From the human T2T-CHM13v2.0 reference genome, Homo sapiens, in NCBI RefSeq assembly GCF_009914755.1, contig NC_060928.1: a stretch of DNA of 64,000 nucleotides. One strand, written 5' to 3'. Shown in pieces: positions 24,840 to 47,752 of the stretch. Made by a program: the position numbers and the translations under genes. Each line of letters begins with the position of its first letter. The stretch's first letter is position 1. A model generated the notes under the pieces. It saw only the letters and a program-made list of their open reading frames with translations. It had not been told where the DNA came from and searched no databases.

Positions 24840-25125
24840 TCATTAATTCACTCATTTATTTGTTCACTCAACCATTATTTATCAAGCACCCAGCCTAAGA
24901 CAACACTGTACAGACCTCTGGAGTCACAATGGTGAGCCTTACAGGTACAGTTTCTGCCCTATCGGAGTTGACATTCTGGTAGAAAAGTCAGATATTAATT
25001 AAACAGTCTCATGAATTTGGAAGCATAGAGTGGAGGACTTGGCATAGTCCCACAGATACAAGAAAAGTTTTCTTGAGGAAATGACATTTAACCTGAGCTC
25101 CAAAGGATGAGGAGAAGTGTTTTAG
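24840..25125 (-). mobile_element. L2 LINE 3' fragment
   Basis: attcactcatttatttgttcactcaaccattattttatcaagcacc...tttaacctgagctccaaaggatgag resembles reverse L2 3' end. Confidence 0.6.
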
Positions 25126-25210
25126 GACCTGCCAATTTAGGCATGATCCCCTCTCTTAGGCCTTGTTTTGTTTTGTTTCCTTTTGCTTTTTAAATATATA
25201 ATGTGATTAA

Positions 25211-25551
<341 letters not shown>

Positions 25552-26019
25552 AGGTTATGTATTTATATATGATATCAGGAATTGGGTGAGAGAATCACTA
25601 TTAGACCAGCATAAAGTTCATTAATAAATAAGTGAGGAGTAAAAGGACAGTCATAAAAACTGGAAGGAAGAAAGGCCAAAAGGCACATGCCTCAATGAAG
25701 CACAATTTTCAACAAGACTGTGGAAGCTACCCAAAAACAGCATTGAAGAGCAAGGAGAACCCCAACCCTCTCTCTATTCTCAGAGGCATATGTGGTATGC
25801 AAAAATGCACAACTATCCCCAAGGCAACCTCAAAATCTATGCTTCCATTTCTCCAGACCATCTGCCCTTGCTCTTCCAAGTCTATCCTTTTTACTCTGTG
25901 AAAAGTTTATGGAATGATACCATCATTTCTTTTAAATTATAAACACTATTGGGTATTTGAAAGATCACATTTTTGGTTTAGCTAGCTCAACCCTAAGATA
26001 GTTAAAGCTGCTATTATAG

Positions 26020-26354
<335 letters not shown>

Positions 26355-27111
26355 GGAGTTTAACTTTTAAAGTAAGACCTTCAAGGAATATTAATCAGGG
26401 ATGCATATTCACAATCTATTCAGTTGGTATATTTGGATTTTATACTCAATATATCTATAATAGCATACTTTCACACTTCTGCATCTCCACAGTTACAAGG
26501 TCTTAATCATAGTGACTCATACTGAACTCTTCTTTAGTAAGTGGGATTAACATTCCCACATGAACTCAAGACACTAAATTATTAATAGCCTCCCAAGGCT
26601 TTTGGTTTTTACTGTAATGCCTGTAATGCTTTCATAAAAGTTTAACAGCATTTAAGTAAAATATAGGCTCAAAGTATAACAGTTTTTAAAGCTATTTTTC
26701 CTACTATGATTTCAACATTCTTCAGGATAGGAAAAAACTAACAAAAAAGGCCACTGTAAGCTTCTCATCAGGTAAATATTAAGTGAGGTGATGATCTTTG
26801 TAATTATTTTTAAATGTTATTACATCACACTGAAGAGTTTTGTTTTTACTATGTAGCATTTATGGCTCATCATCATGACTTTCTTGACCATCTGTGTTGG
26901 CATGAAACCAGTAGTAGTCAATGAAAAGTGAAAAACTGAGACAACTGTGATATGGCTCCCAAAAGACGTGGTTTTAATGGGTTTTGTCTATTAATTTTCA
27001 TGACGGTAACTGGGGAAGACAATACTAGAAAACATTCAGGAGAAATGCTAATCACAAAGAGGAAATCCCTTTGCAAAATGCTGAAGAATTTATCATTAAA
27101 AAAGCAAGGAG

Positions 27112-27248
27112 GGCTGGTCGCAGTGGCTCATGCCTGTAATCCCAGCACTTTGGGAGGCCAAGGTAAGATCACTTGAGCCCAGGAGTTTGAGACCAGCCTG
27201 GGCAACATAGCAAGACTCTGTCTCTATTAAAAAAATTATTTTTTTAAT
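27112..27248 (+). mobile_element. Alu left monomer (FLAM_C/AluJ)
   Basis: ggctggtcgcagtggctcatgcc...cacttgagcccaggagtttgagaccagcctgggcaacatagcaagac. Confidence 0.88.
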
Positions 27249-27382
27249 AGGTAAGGAGGAAGGGAGATGAAGGAAATTAGTCACAGCAATGTTACCTTCA
27301 AGGGTGGGAATTAAAATAAAAAGGGTCCAAAAACAAAGGAAAATAGACCCTAAGAAGGGGTTTCCAGAAAAGACGTAGATTA

Positions 27383-27468
27383 CAGTTGACCCTTGAATAA
27401 TGAAGGAGTTAGGAGCACTGACCTTACTCGCAGTCAAAAGTATATGTATAACTTTTGACTCCTCCCAA
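27383..27468 (+). mobile_element. Tigger2/MER8-type TcMar DNA transposon, 5' fragment
   Basis: TA followed by CAGTTGACCCTTGAA...gtataacttttgactcc. Confidence 0.75.
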
Positions 27469-27477
27469 ATCCTAGCA

Positions 27478-27522
27478 CTCCCAAAGTGCTAGGATTACAG
27501 GTGTGAGCCACTGAGTCTGGCC
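27478..27522 (-). mobile_element. Alu 5'-end fragment (about 45 bp)
   Basis: ctcccaaagtgctaggattacaggtgtgagccactgagtctggcc. Confidence 0.85.
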
Positions 27523-28055
27523 ACATTGACAGACTTTTAATGGACTTCAGGTTGTGATAGGGTGAAAGGAAACAATCATCATATTTACCAAAGAAAGTGA
27601 TCAAGAGTATATTTGTTTCAAAAGCTTTGCCATTGTTAGAAGAATGACACGGAGTGAGAACATTCAGATAAGCTGCAGAGAAAAAAAACAAAGAAAATAA
27701 GAATTCTGGATCTGCAGTTCATGGAACTCACCTACAGGAGAAAGGAATAGCAAAGGGTACAAATTATATAATGGAAATTAGAATATGAGATGAAATTGAA
27801 AGGAGAACCTGAAGAGTCAAAGTAAGAAAGAAGGGGGAGTTTACAGGGAACCTAGAAGTGGTGACACCATCATACAATCGTGAAGAAAGCAAAACTTTTA
27901 GAAGAGAAAAGCAAAATAAATAGCACATACATGTAAACAGGTAGTAAGAGAAGACTACAAAGCTCAAGATACACTTTTCAAACTAATTTTTTCAAAATTA
28001 TAGACAATGAAAAGACAAAGTGTGAAGCGACTAGCATCAGGGCTCCTCTCAGTGG

Positions 28056-28275
28056 TAGTATTAGCTTGCTAAGGCTGTCATAATAAAATAACACAAACTC
28101 AGTGGCTTAAACATTCTGGAGGGTAGGAGTCTGAAATCAAGGAATCAGCAGGGTTGGTTCCTTCTAGGGCTGTTCAGAGAAGGATCTGTTCCAGGCTTCT
28201 GGACTTGTCCATAGACGAAGATCTTCTGTGTCCCTTCACATGACATTCTTCTGTGCATATCTGTGTCCAAACTTC
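28056..28275 (-). mobile_element. MLT1 (MLT1B-like) LTR, left piece
   Basis: tattagcttgctaaggctgtcataataaaataacacaaactcagtggcttaaaca...cagcagggttggttccttct; resumes at about 34688. Confidence 0.8.
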
Positions 28276-28278
28276 TCA

Positions 28279-34872
<6,594 letters not shown>

Positions 34873-36331
34873 GTAGTCAACAGGGTTGCCAGCAGAATGC
34901 CAAGCAGGAGAGGGATTTTTATGTAACCCAGCTATCATCTGAGGTCTCCTGCTCCTTGAAATTTAAATACAATCATACTGAACCCCTATCCACACCCAGT
35001 GGATATTCACGCCCTCCCCAATACTTCAGTGGTTTCCCTGGGTATTATCAAGGCAAACTCCCATTTCTGGTTCCTGCTCCCATGTGCTCTCTATCTTGCT
35101 GCAATGACCCACGAGAGCAATATGTGTCTTCCTTCCTTGGTATCCACCAAACCAATGAAAAACAAGTTAGGGTCCTACTCATTCTAAGGACTCATGAGGG
35201 TAATGCATGTTGCTAAAGATACAAAGGCCATTTGGGAAAATGAGGTGTGGGAGATGAGGTATGTGTGTGTAGGCAGCACACAGTGAGCCACTAAACCTTT
35301 CTGTCATGAAGTGTCTTGCAGGCCAGTTTGCCACCAGGCTTCCACGCCAAGGTTGCTCCTTCCTGATGCCTGGCATATCTTCAAGCAAACCTTTGTGCTG
35401 CCAAATCAACCCTGTGTTTCCTGTAGTCTTCTGTGAACTGGAGTGAATTCCCTGAAGAAAAGGAGAGAGGCCCTGTCCCATCCCCACTGGGTCACATGTG
35501 TCACATTGGCACTGGAGCAGGGCCACTTGTGTGTTGCAGTGGGCCTCTTGCGGTTACAGCCCTCTCAGCTTCCCTTTGAGCCTCTGTCTTGAGACTCATC
35601 CGAGGGTGGGATCCTATATGAAAGATACAAACTGTGTGGCCTCCTTCATTCCTTTCCTCCCTTTTCCCAGGGTGTAGGGCAAAATGCCTTTACCTCGCTT
35701 CATGCAGATAAACTTCTTATAGCACCATCTATGAATCTAGGCTTGTCTGCATCCCATAATATACTCAAATAGGAACTTTTGTTTCATTTACTCATTAAGC
35801 TTTCTGAAATGGGAGCTTTGGCAATGAAACACAAGAAAATTCCCATCACAACTGAAAGAAACTGAAAAATGTAAGAGAAATGATCTAAGGGAGTGGGGAT
35901 CTGTTCTTTCAATGTGTCAGAAAAGAGGAAACATATTACAATACATAGAAACTCTCAATGGAAAGCACAAACCCAAAGATTTTTAAAGAGCAAAGTAAAC
36001 ATTCCCAACTGCGAGCATATTCATCAAGCACGTGCTAGAAAAAACAAAGGTAAAATACCAGAGTGAGATATCAAAAGACAACATCTGAGAGACAGTTCCG
36101 TCAACAGAGTCAAAACTGATAAGGGAAGAAGAGAAATCAAGCAAGATTAAAGACATCTCCTACAGATATTTTAAGTATACAAGGAGAGACTAAAGAACGG
36201 TAGTGGGCTTAGGAACTAGAAATAGATTGAAGTTTAGCCAGAGGAAAAGAAAATAAAAAAGATCTTTAAAAGGAGCACTGCACAGAACTGTTTCCAAAAC
36301 AAAGCGTAGAAGGGACCAATTCTCAGGAAGG

Positions 36332-36775
36332 TGGGGTGGACACTATGATGTGCTGCCCAGACCCCTGCAAGCAGAGAAGGACCCTTTACCTCAACTCCTG
36401 GAGGTGCTGGGTACCTTCAGTTGGTAGCCCCTTCAGGGACTGCCTCAGTTGGCAGAAGAGCCCTGCTCAAGGTCATGTCCCTTCTCAGGAAAGCCCACAT
36501 TCAGTCACTCTTCAATTCAAGGACCTAAAGGTCTGGCCACTTTGACCCAACTCAGGACATCTCTGAAGGGCCATTCTAGCTCCAGAGTTCCCGGTGGGGT
36601 TGGTTAACACTGTCGATGGGTCTGCATAACACTTTGTCTTCTCCATCTACCCTCTTCTGCTTCCTCCCCTCCCTTTCTTATGCATTGATATCAAAAGCAT
36701 TCCTTAATTACTATACTGACGACTAAACTTCATCTCAGAGTTTTCCCTTGCTTTCCTGGGAACCAAGTTTGTGAA
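36332..36775 (+). mobile_element. LTR16-family (LTR16C-like) ERVL solo LTR
   Basis: gccccttcagggactgcctcag...caaggtcatgtcccttc...cccaactcaggacatctctgaagggccattctagctccagagttccc...ctaaacttcatctcagag. Confidence 0.7.
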
Positions 36776-37054
36776 GGAAGGTGAACCACCTTACATAAAC
36801 AAATGAATTTATGCATCCCTACAAGTGAGTGATATGAATAAGATGCTAAGCAGAGGGAAAGCTCCTGTGTTTATAACATCACTGCTTTGTTCTTAAAACT
36901 TCGAGGATGGTCTGAGAAAACTTGGTTTTCAATGTCATATGCAGGAAAAGTCAGCATTCACAATTTAAAGAAACAAGTATATTATCAATATAGTGTTAAA
37001 GAGAGAGAGGAAAGGCAGTTTTCACTTGATGGTATTACCACCATGCAAACTTCT

Positions 37055-38432
<1,378 letters not shown>

Positions 38433-39202
38433 ATTTCTTGTATGAATCTTATTGTAAAGTCACGTATGCACAGTAGAAAGATGATGGACAAGACACAATG
38501 TTGTGCCAAAAAGAAGGGAAGTATAGCTGCATAGTGGTTAGGAGAACTAAAGAAGCAAGCTAGGGAAGGGCATATGTTATATTATGTTATATACTAGGAG
38601 GAAATCTGAAACAAACGAGCTGTAGGCAGCCATGTTCCAGGATAAGGAGCAAAGATGAGAAGTAAAGGGAAAATCCTGTGGATATTCAGGTCCCGCTTTT
38701 AGTTTATTCTTAAACCCTGTGAAGAAAAAGGATCTCTATCCTATGTTAGCCTGAGGGAAATACAAGGCTTTGTAGAAGAGCCTTTGGTTTGAAGATCATC
38801 TTCAAGAAAGGGCAAGTAATCTATAAAGAGAAAGCAAGTTAAGCCTAAAGAAGCAAATTCTGGGGCCAACTTTCTCTTCCATTGTAGTTCTTACTACCAT
38901 TAAAAAGTGTGCCGTTTCAATGGCAAATTAAAACCAGACATTCAAAGCATGCTATAGCTCTATATGAATTCATAGGAAAAGGAGTCAATGACATAGTGTC
39001 CAATGAAAGAAGACTTTAAAGCAGTATTTAATGACCTCATTAAGGTAAAATATCTTATTTCTACATATGGATGTATGTACCCAGTTATCTCTGGATAGTG
39101 GGATTTTCAAGGTTGTTTTTGTATACTTTTACACTGGTTGAATTTTCTACAATATCATAGAGAACCCATATAAATTTTAATATTGAGTAAATAATGAAAT
39201 CA

Positions 39203-39505
<303 letters not shown>

Positions 39506-39681
39506 AAAATCAAATAAGTCTTTGGGTGAAGACTTTTCTATATAATAGAAATATGAAAGCCTACAGTGTGAAAAGAAGACAACAATTTTTCAAAAATCGT
39601 AAAACATAAAAGGATAGTAGAAATAAACAAAATTAAAGCCTTTTTGAAAAAAACTAAATTAAATTTTTGAGAAATTGAAGC

Positions 39682-40236
39682 TGTTGGGGGACAATTCTTC
39701 ATGGATATCTTTCATTTCTGCATGGCTCAGGCCTTCTGAATGAAGAACACTTTTTAAGAACAGCCTTGGGAGCTAGAGATAGTGTAATCCTCTGCAGAGA
39801 TTAAGTGATAGAGACATGCCTCGCCAGAGACATTCTATGTTAATAAAGATATGAACCTCTTCTCCACCTAGAATCATTTACTTACATTCCAGGATAATGA
39901 GGAATCTCTCTCTCTAGAGGGGAGGAGATGGGAAGATGCTCCAGGAGCCCAATTTAGCTAAGAGTCTCCGAATTGGGGGATTCCTCTCCTGTGATGTACC
40001 CTGCTGCATACACAGGTAACATCTGGTCCTCATCACATCACTATGCAGTGATTGGGATGTGGGAACCAGTACATGATGCTCTTTGGCTGCGGTTTTTGCA
40101 GGGAGTAATAAATGATCTGTTTTGCAGGCTCAGGGATCTTGTGCTCTTATGTCAGTATATGTAGATAAAGCTGGGGCAGTTTAACTTGTTATCTTTCAAT
40201 AAGAGTAAAATCTTGGAGCCTTTGCAGTTTTATACT
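39682..40236 (+). mobile_element. ERVL solo LTR (MER76-like)
   Basis: tgttgggggacaattcttcatgg...aacagccttgggagctagagatagtgt...gagtaataaa...gtaaaatcttggagcctttgcagtt. Confidence 0.55.
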
Positions 40237-40261
40237 TAGCAGAGACAATGTGTAAATTTTA

Positions 40262-40636
<375 letters not shown>

Positions 40637-42599
40637 AGTCATTAAAATTCAAAAACCTATGCAAATATAAGGAGACGGGTCCAGTAACTCATAGTGATAA
40701 TCTTAAACTCAAATAGAATGGACATTGGTGGCACTGTAACCTTCAGATGTGGAACGTGCTTTACTGCATTTCTGTTCGATAAATACTTGTCACATTTGAT
40801 GTTTACATGCAGAAATACAAGTTGCATATGTATATGTCTATATTCATATTTTTGATCACCTTTTTCTTCAGCCTTCCTGTCTTCTTTCACCAGATCCAAT
40901 TACTTTATTTTGCCCCCACCCTCTCTGCCCAGTGCCTGCCCACTCTCCATCGCTTCACTGGGCCTGTGACTTTTGCCTTAACAGATTTTGGCACCTTGCC
41001 TGCAGCTGTGGGTGTTGGGATGCTCAGTGTGCTTTATTGTTCTATGATGTGTTTTTTTCAGCTCTTGAAGTTTATCAGTTTTGTCCTGTTTCTCAGAAGG
41101 GTGAATAACAGCCACCAGCCACCATTGACTGATGAGAGAAGGGATTGTCTGCCCTCTCTATCATCCAGGGACCCCTTGTCAGTCTTCTACAGTGACCTTA
41201 TTCCAAAGACTATCTGAGCCTTCAGGGTTTCTCCCAAGTAAACCAAGAGACAGACACATGTTGGGGACCTGAATTAAAATTCAAGAATAGCTCCCTTGAC
41301 AGTGCTCTTAGTGTGTTTCAGATACTCTGGCAGTGAAAGCAAGCCATTGGAATTTTTTTACCTTCTTCATATTTGGTCAAGCTGCTCCCTCTCAATTGCT
41401 AGTTTCTTTCAAGTGGCAGTTTTATTATCCATTGTCATAACAAACATTTCTGATTGCTTTATTCAAAAGTTCCACTCAAAATATGCTATAAAGATGTTTC
41501 CTGGAAAATTGACTGTTGTTGCTTAAATGCACATTTGTCAGAGAGCTCTAAAGAACTAGCAAGTTTCTACATTTACATAAGATTAATTTGCATCACAACG
41601 GTTGCTATTTCAATGCCTTTAGTTTTTCTTCTTTACCATTAGCTTCTTAACCTCTTGTCTTCACTGCGTTGTTTTAACACAGCACTCTCTGCTTGTCAGT
41701 GATAACACTGAGGTGGAGTCTTCAATAGATAATATTGCATTGTTTCTAGGACTAGGTTGAGGTGCCCTTGCCTAGCTTAGATCTCTTCTACTACTGGCTC
41801 TCATCCTACCCACACCAAATATTCTAAAATAAAATGTCCCTTTCCCTGTATTGCTATTTAGTTTAACTCTCTCTGCTGCTCAGTAGAGTGGGAAAAGAGC
41901 TGGAGAATGGAGGTGAGTCACTGACTGAAAAGTACAGGAGGTTTGGAAGAGATATTACCTAGATCAGGGTAACCACAGGAACCTTCTTTGAAATCGCTAT
42001 TAAATGTGGCTGAGACAGGTTTGTTCTCGGCACAACTTCAGTGACCCAACCACTATAATTCCTTCTGATCTGAAGTATTACATAGAGGAGAAGTGGAGGA
42101 AAGCAGATATGTCAGGAGTTGTATTCCAGGGCTGGGATTGGTAAACACTGGACAGGTGAGTGTGAATGTCAGTCCATCAAATCCTAGTCAGAGTTAAATG
42201 GGAACTTGAAGCTCAGCTGGATTTGGGTTTAGGGATCAACAAAAGACAGGAAATGGTGGAGGGTAATGACAAAATTCAAAGTGCTTTTGTGAAGCCCACG
42301 TTGTGATAAGATCAGTTTGGGTCTTAAGATGAGATGCCTGTAGCATATACAGGTGGGGATAACCAGGGTGGGAATGAAGAAGAGAGACTGGCTAACCAGA
42401 AGTCTTTATCCTGCTTTGTTGATGTTGCTATTCCTCTAATTATTTCTTCCCCTCTAGCTTTTCCACTTGTATATATTCCTTCATTAAAGAATTACAAAGC
42501 AAGGAGGATGTATGGGACAGAGTACCAGGAGACATGCAAATTAGATAAGACAGTGTTCCTATCTTTGGAATAACCCTATTACAGGAGATGATGGTCTAG

Positions 42600-42875
42600 G
42601 CCTGTATTTTCTAAACTACATGTGAAGAGTCATTACTGTCCCCATAAGCTCTAAAATGTTTTCTGATGTTTTATTTCTATAGTCAAAGAAGTTTGGGAAA
42701 TGCTGTATAATACATCACTCTTAGATGATCACTATGTATATTAGCACAGGAAAGGTACTGACATACCCTGCAATGCAGAAATTGTTTAACTCATTATATC
42801 ATCAATGTATTTGACCATAGAACTCTGTTTTTTCTCATAATAATTTACAATATCCTAAATGAAGGAATTCTTGGA
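42600..42875. mobile_element. Old hAT-Charlie-type DNA transposon remnant
   Basis: agtttgggaaatgctg...tattagcacaggaaaggtactgaca...aaattgtttaact...tatttgaccatagaac resembles MER112-group elements; family uncertain. Confidence 0.4.
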
Positions 42876-42894
42876 ATATGCTTATAATGGAGGG

Positions 42895-43450
42895 CTTAAA
42901 GTGTTTGTCTAGTAACTCCAACATCTGGACTTCCACAAAGACAATTTCTATCGACTGCTTTGTATCCTGTTTGTGAGCTATATTGTCTTGCAAATAGGAA
43001 TCATCACACAGTCAAAGCTTTGAGTCAGGTCACATAGACCTGACTCTGAGAATAGAACTTTTCCATGAGCTTCCAGACAAGCCAAGTAATGACAGTTCTC
43101 TGGGCATGGGACTTTGGTGTAGCTCCAAACTGTTCTGTTCCATCCAGTGGGTGCTAAGCTTCTGGTTTTCACAGCTACCATTGTTATGAATCTGTTGGTT
43201 TTCAAGGCTATGACAGAACTTAGGGAGAATTATAGAATTAGGGCAAGTTAAAATGCTACAAGACTTGCTACTTTTTCTGAGATTCTGCAATTTTTCTTGA
43301 TCATATACTCCATGAACTGTTGTAAGCCTTTAGTTAATTTCTAGAGCTCTGATAAAGTTGATTTTTATTTATTTATTTATTTATTCATTTTTGCCAGTGT
43401 TCTCATTGCTTTTATGATAAGCAGATTTGGGGAGTTCCTACTCCATCCTT
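42895..43450 (-). mobile_element. Old L1M (L1MC/MD-like) 5' fragment
   Basis: tgtctagtaactccaacatctggact...ttttgccagtgttctcattgcttttatg. Confidence 0.45.
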
Positions 43451-44202
43451 CCCTCCATGCATTTTTTTTATGTCTCTTTGTCTGCATTTTTGTTATTTCC
43501 CATGCTAGGAATGTCCACATTCTCTGTCTATTCTGCTTGGAAAATTACCAGTCATGCATCAAATGTCTCACTTTTCAATGTAGCCTTCACCAATTGCCTT
43601 TGGTTCTTTCCTTCCCATGTAGAACTAATTGTGCTTCATATGACTTTGTTTATATATTTTATAGTACTAATCATATTGCTGTGCTTAGTCATTTCAGGGC
43701 TCCACATTTGGTATAAATTCGTGTACTGCACACCCCAGAGCATACTGCCCAGAGTAATCTTGAATGTGTCCCCTGTAGTTATGTAAAGAACCATCTGAGT
43801 GGTCATACCTGGGTATCCTGTGACTATTCCACCAGTTAACATGAAATACTTCAGAGAGAAACAAGTTCTGATTCAAATGTGCTTGCCCAAGACTTTTTTC
43901 CAGACCAGAACTTCTCCACAGCACATACTCAATTATTTTTTAAATGAATAAATGAAATATATTCTTCTTACCTTTGTTAACACACGGCAGGATCTTCCTC
44001 AGAAAGACTTACAATGTAGAATGTGAACAAGAAATCAAAATAACTGAACCTATAGAGACCTATAACTGCCATAGATTAAGAATAAAATTCTCATTATTTC
44101 CACAGTGAGGGAGAATGATTAGCAAATTCATGAATCAACCTTATGTTTATTGTGGAATTTTTACTTAATTCATACTTTAGGCTTTGATTTACATGTTTCC
44201 AT

Positions 44203-44720
44203 ATGTCTTACTAAGGAATCAGGTTGCAAAACAACAGAAGTTGCTTAGAGACAGCTGAAGCAAAAAGGAATTTTTGTTAAAAATCAGAGATATTTCATAG
44301 AAACCAAGTACAGAACTTGAATGGGGACTCTTAAGAGACTGGAAGTCAGCACTTCAGAGTTCACAGCCAAGGTCCCTCCTCCAGTCTCTCTTAGGCTACT
44401 CTCATGGATTAGCATCTCTTCCTCTCTTCACACATTTGCATATCTACTTTATTCTTTTTCTTCTCCCCAAAAATATTCATGCACATGGTTCCACAGCCCA
44501 GGCTTCAAATACTTTCTCTTTTAAGGCATCTCACAGAAACTAACTAGAATTTCTAAGTCCCTGCTTTAAATTCCCCCTAGAGTGAATCTGTTGGACAAAC
44601 TTAGATCAAGTGTGAACAGCTGGGATAAATGGCTGTTCTCAGGTCGCAAGATTACATTGCTTCCTTGCTACTCACTTAGCCAGATCTATGGGAGCTCACT
44701 CTCTAGAAGGAAGTAGGCAA
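44203..44720 (-). mobile_element. Old MaLR/ERVL LTR remnant
   Basis: tgtcttactaaggaatcaggttgcaaaacaacagaag...gaagcaaaaaggaatttttg. Confidence 0.45.
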
Positions 44721-44767
44721 TGAGGATGGGGCTGTAGGTGATAGGGCGTTTAACTGGATAGCCAACT

Positions 44768-45168
44768 ATATTACTCTGCTCAAACTGCTGTAGCAGAATA
44801 TCAGAGACTAGGTGGCTTAAACAACAACTTTATTTCTCACAGTTCTGGAGACTCAAAGTCCAAGATCAAGGTGCCAGCATGGTTGGTTTCTGATGATAGG
44901 TCTCTTCCTGACTTGCAGATGGCTGCCTTCTTGCTGTATCCTCACAGGGCCTTTCCTCTGTACCCACTCTGAAAGAGAGAGTGATTTCTGATCTCTCTTC
45001 CTCTTCTTATAGGGACACCAGTCTTATTGAATTAGGGCCCTACCCTTATGACCTCATTTAACCTTAACTGCCTCTTTAAAGACCCAATCTCCAAATGTGT
45101 TCACACTGGGGGTTAGAGCTTCAACATATAAATTTAGGGGAGTGGGAGGCACAATTCAGTCCATAACA
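44768..45168 (-). mobile_element. MLT1A-type LTR
   Basis: ggtggcttaaacaacaactttatttctcacagttctggag...aagtccaagatcaaggtgccagc...cacaattcagtccataaca. Confidence 0.88.
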
Positions 45169-46281
45169 GCATCCCCAAAAGTATCCACAATACCATATAA
45201 AATGATGCCTGAGTGTAATTTCTGAGCACAATGGACGCTGTTTTTACTTACTTATTAATGGTCACTTATGTTCTGGAATCGTTTAAGATGGGAAAGAATA
45301 ATTCATGACTTAGTTTTACTTTTTCATGACAGATATTCTTTTTCTCTTTCACACACACAGAGTATATACGGTCATGTATAATCAAATTTTAATGTATAAT
45401 CTATGCTAGTGAAGCTGTAGAGTGGGTATTCAGATTACCTAGGAATCACAAGTATTGTTGTAACTGTTCTATTCTAGCAATCAAGTGTTCTGCAGGAAGA
45501 AGCAGTACAATTCAGATGATACAGGCCAAAACTTTGCCATGCCTTTATATGTAGACATACAAACTTTAAACTTAGTAGGAAAAGGTTGTCTATTAGAGTC
45601 ATGTAGATATCTTCATCCTATCTCATTTGGTAAGGGAGAGGACTGCAGGGCAAGGAATCATGAAACTGGACCTCAAAGCAACAGAAGCAAGTAGACGTAA
45701 TAGCAAAGCTAAGGGAACTCTATAATATGCAGAAGTCAAATTAAATACATCATCTTTATCCTACTACGCAGGAGATTGTAACAATTTAATGGGGACTGGA
45801 AGAATTCCCCTTTAAACAAATGCTTCTCACTCTGTCACTGAAATTCATTCACTCAAAGCCAATGACTTGCTATTCAAATACTACTTGGGTTCCACTCTGA
45901 AAGCAAAAATCCTAATATCTCAGGAGCTTAGGTATATTGTTCTACTGCAAGCAAATACTTCTGAACATTTTGGTTTTCAGAGAGCTAGTAATATGAAAAT
46001 ATTTTCAAACTTAGAGCAAATCAACGACTGCCCAAAGAATGCTACCCTAACTCTGCCATGCCCAGTATAGCTACCAATGAGAGGAAAGGAAACTGACACT
46101 GACTAAGCACCTACTATGTAGTAGTACATACATTATCTTATCTATCCAGAATGTTTTTATTTCTTGTAAAACTACTAATAATCAGACACCTCCTTCAAAT
46201 ATAGAAGAAATAAATGAAAATCTACCATATTTGTCAATAAATTAATATTTGTAATTTTTGTTATATAGCTATAAAGCATAT

Positions 46282-46540
46282 GCAGTGTAACATAGTGTTT
46301 AGGGATAAGAACTCTAGAGTCAGAATGTCAAGTTTTAAACTCCACCTCTTATTACCTATGTGACCCTAAGCAAATTACTTAAGCTCTCTGTGCTTCAGTT
46401 CCCTCATTATTAAAATGGATATAATAATAATGCTTACTTCATTGGGTTGTTGGAAGGATTAAATGAATTTATAAATGTAAATTCTTAGAGAAATGCCTGG
46501 CACAGAATTAGTACTATGTTAGTTTTTGCTATAATTACAA
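46282..46540 (+). mobile_element. MIR SINE, near full length
   Basis: catagtgtttaggg...tgtgaccctaagcaaattacttaagctctctgtgcttcagttccctc core...tgcctggcacag. Confidence 0.85.
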
Positions 46541-46747
46541 CTTCTATTATTTCCATGTTAACTACTGTGGTAGGCTCACTCTAAAATGGTCCCCACTTCC
46601 TGGTATTCATACCCTTGTATAATCCCTTCCCTTGAAATATAGGTGAAATTTTTGAGTTGCTTCTAACCAGTAGAATACAGCAGAGGTGATAAGAGGTCAC
46701 TAAAATGATTAGGCTAAACAAAACTAAGATGTCTGTCTTAGACTCTA

Positions 46748-47108
<361 letters not shown>

Positions 47109-47383
47109 AGAAAGGTGGCCTGTGTGGAAAAAAATTGAGGGAACTTCCAGCCAAGAACCATCTGGGAACTGAAGTTGCAGTCCAACAACTTTCAAGGGAT
47201 TGAATTCTTCCAACAACTATGTGAGCTTGAAAGTGAATACTTTCCTAGCTGAGCCTTCAGATGAGGCTGCCTCCCTAGCCTACATCTTGACTGCAGCCTA
47301 TGAAAGACCCTGAAACAGATGACCCATTTAAGACGTGCCATGACTGCTGATTCATAAAAGTTGTGATATAATAAATGTGTGTT

Positions 47384-47752
47384 TGGTATGGTTTGAAATG
47401 TGTGCCCCAAAAGTTCATGTGTTAGAACTTAATCCCCAGTGCAACAGTGCTGGGAGATAGGGCCTAATAAGAAGTGGTTGGGTCATGAGGGTGGTGCCGT
47501 CATGAATGGATTAATATAAGTATCTTGGAAACAGGTTAGTTATTGCAAGTCTGGGTTGTTTTAAAGTGAGTCTGGCCCCTCGTGTCTCTCTCTCTGTCTC
47601 ATGGTCTCATTTCCATTTTCCACATGGGATGACTTTTGCCAGATGATGGCATTATACTCTTGGACTTCCCAGCCTCCAGAACTGTTTTCTTTTCTTTTCA
47701 TTTCATTTCTTTTCTTTATAATTTATCCAGTCTGTGGCATTCTCTTACAGCA
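47384..47752 (+). mobile_element. MST (MaLR) solo LTR with internal deletions
   Basis: TGGTATGGTTTGAAATG...aaagttcatgtgttagaacttaatcccc...ggacttcccagcctccagaactg...CA; 5-bp TSD GTGTT on both sides. Confidence 0.85.

Noticed and set aside
35260-35760. Possible additional old LTR
   Set aside because: Slightly GC-richer block, but I could not match termini or a family with any confidence
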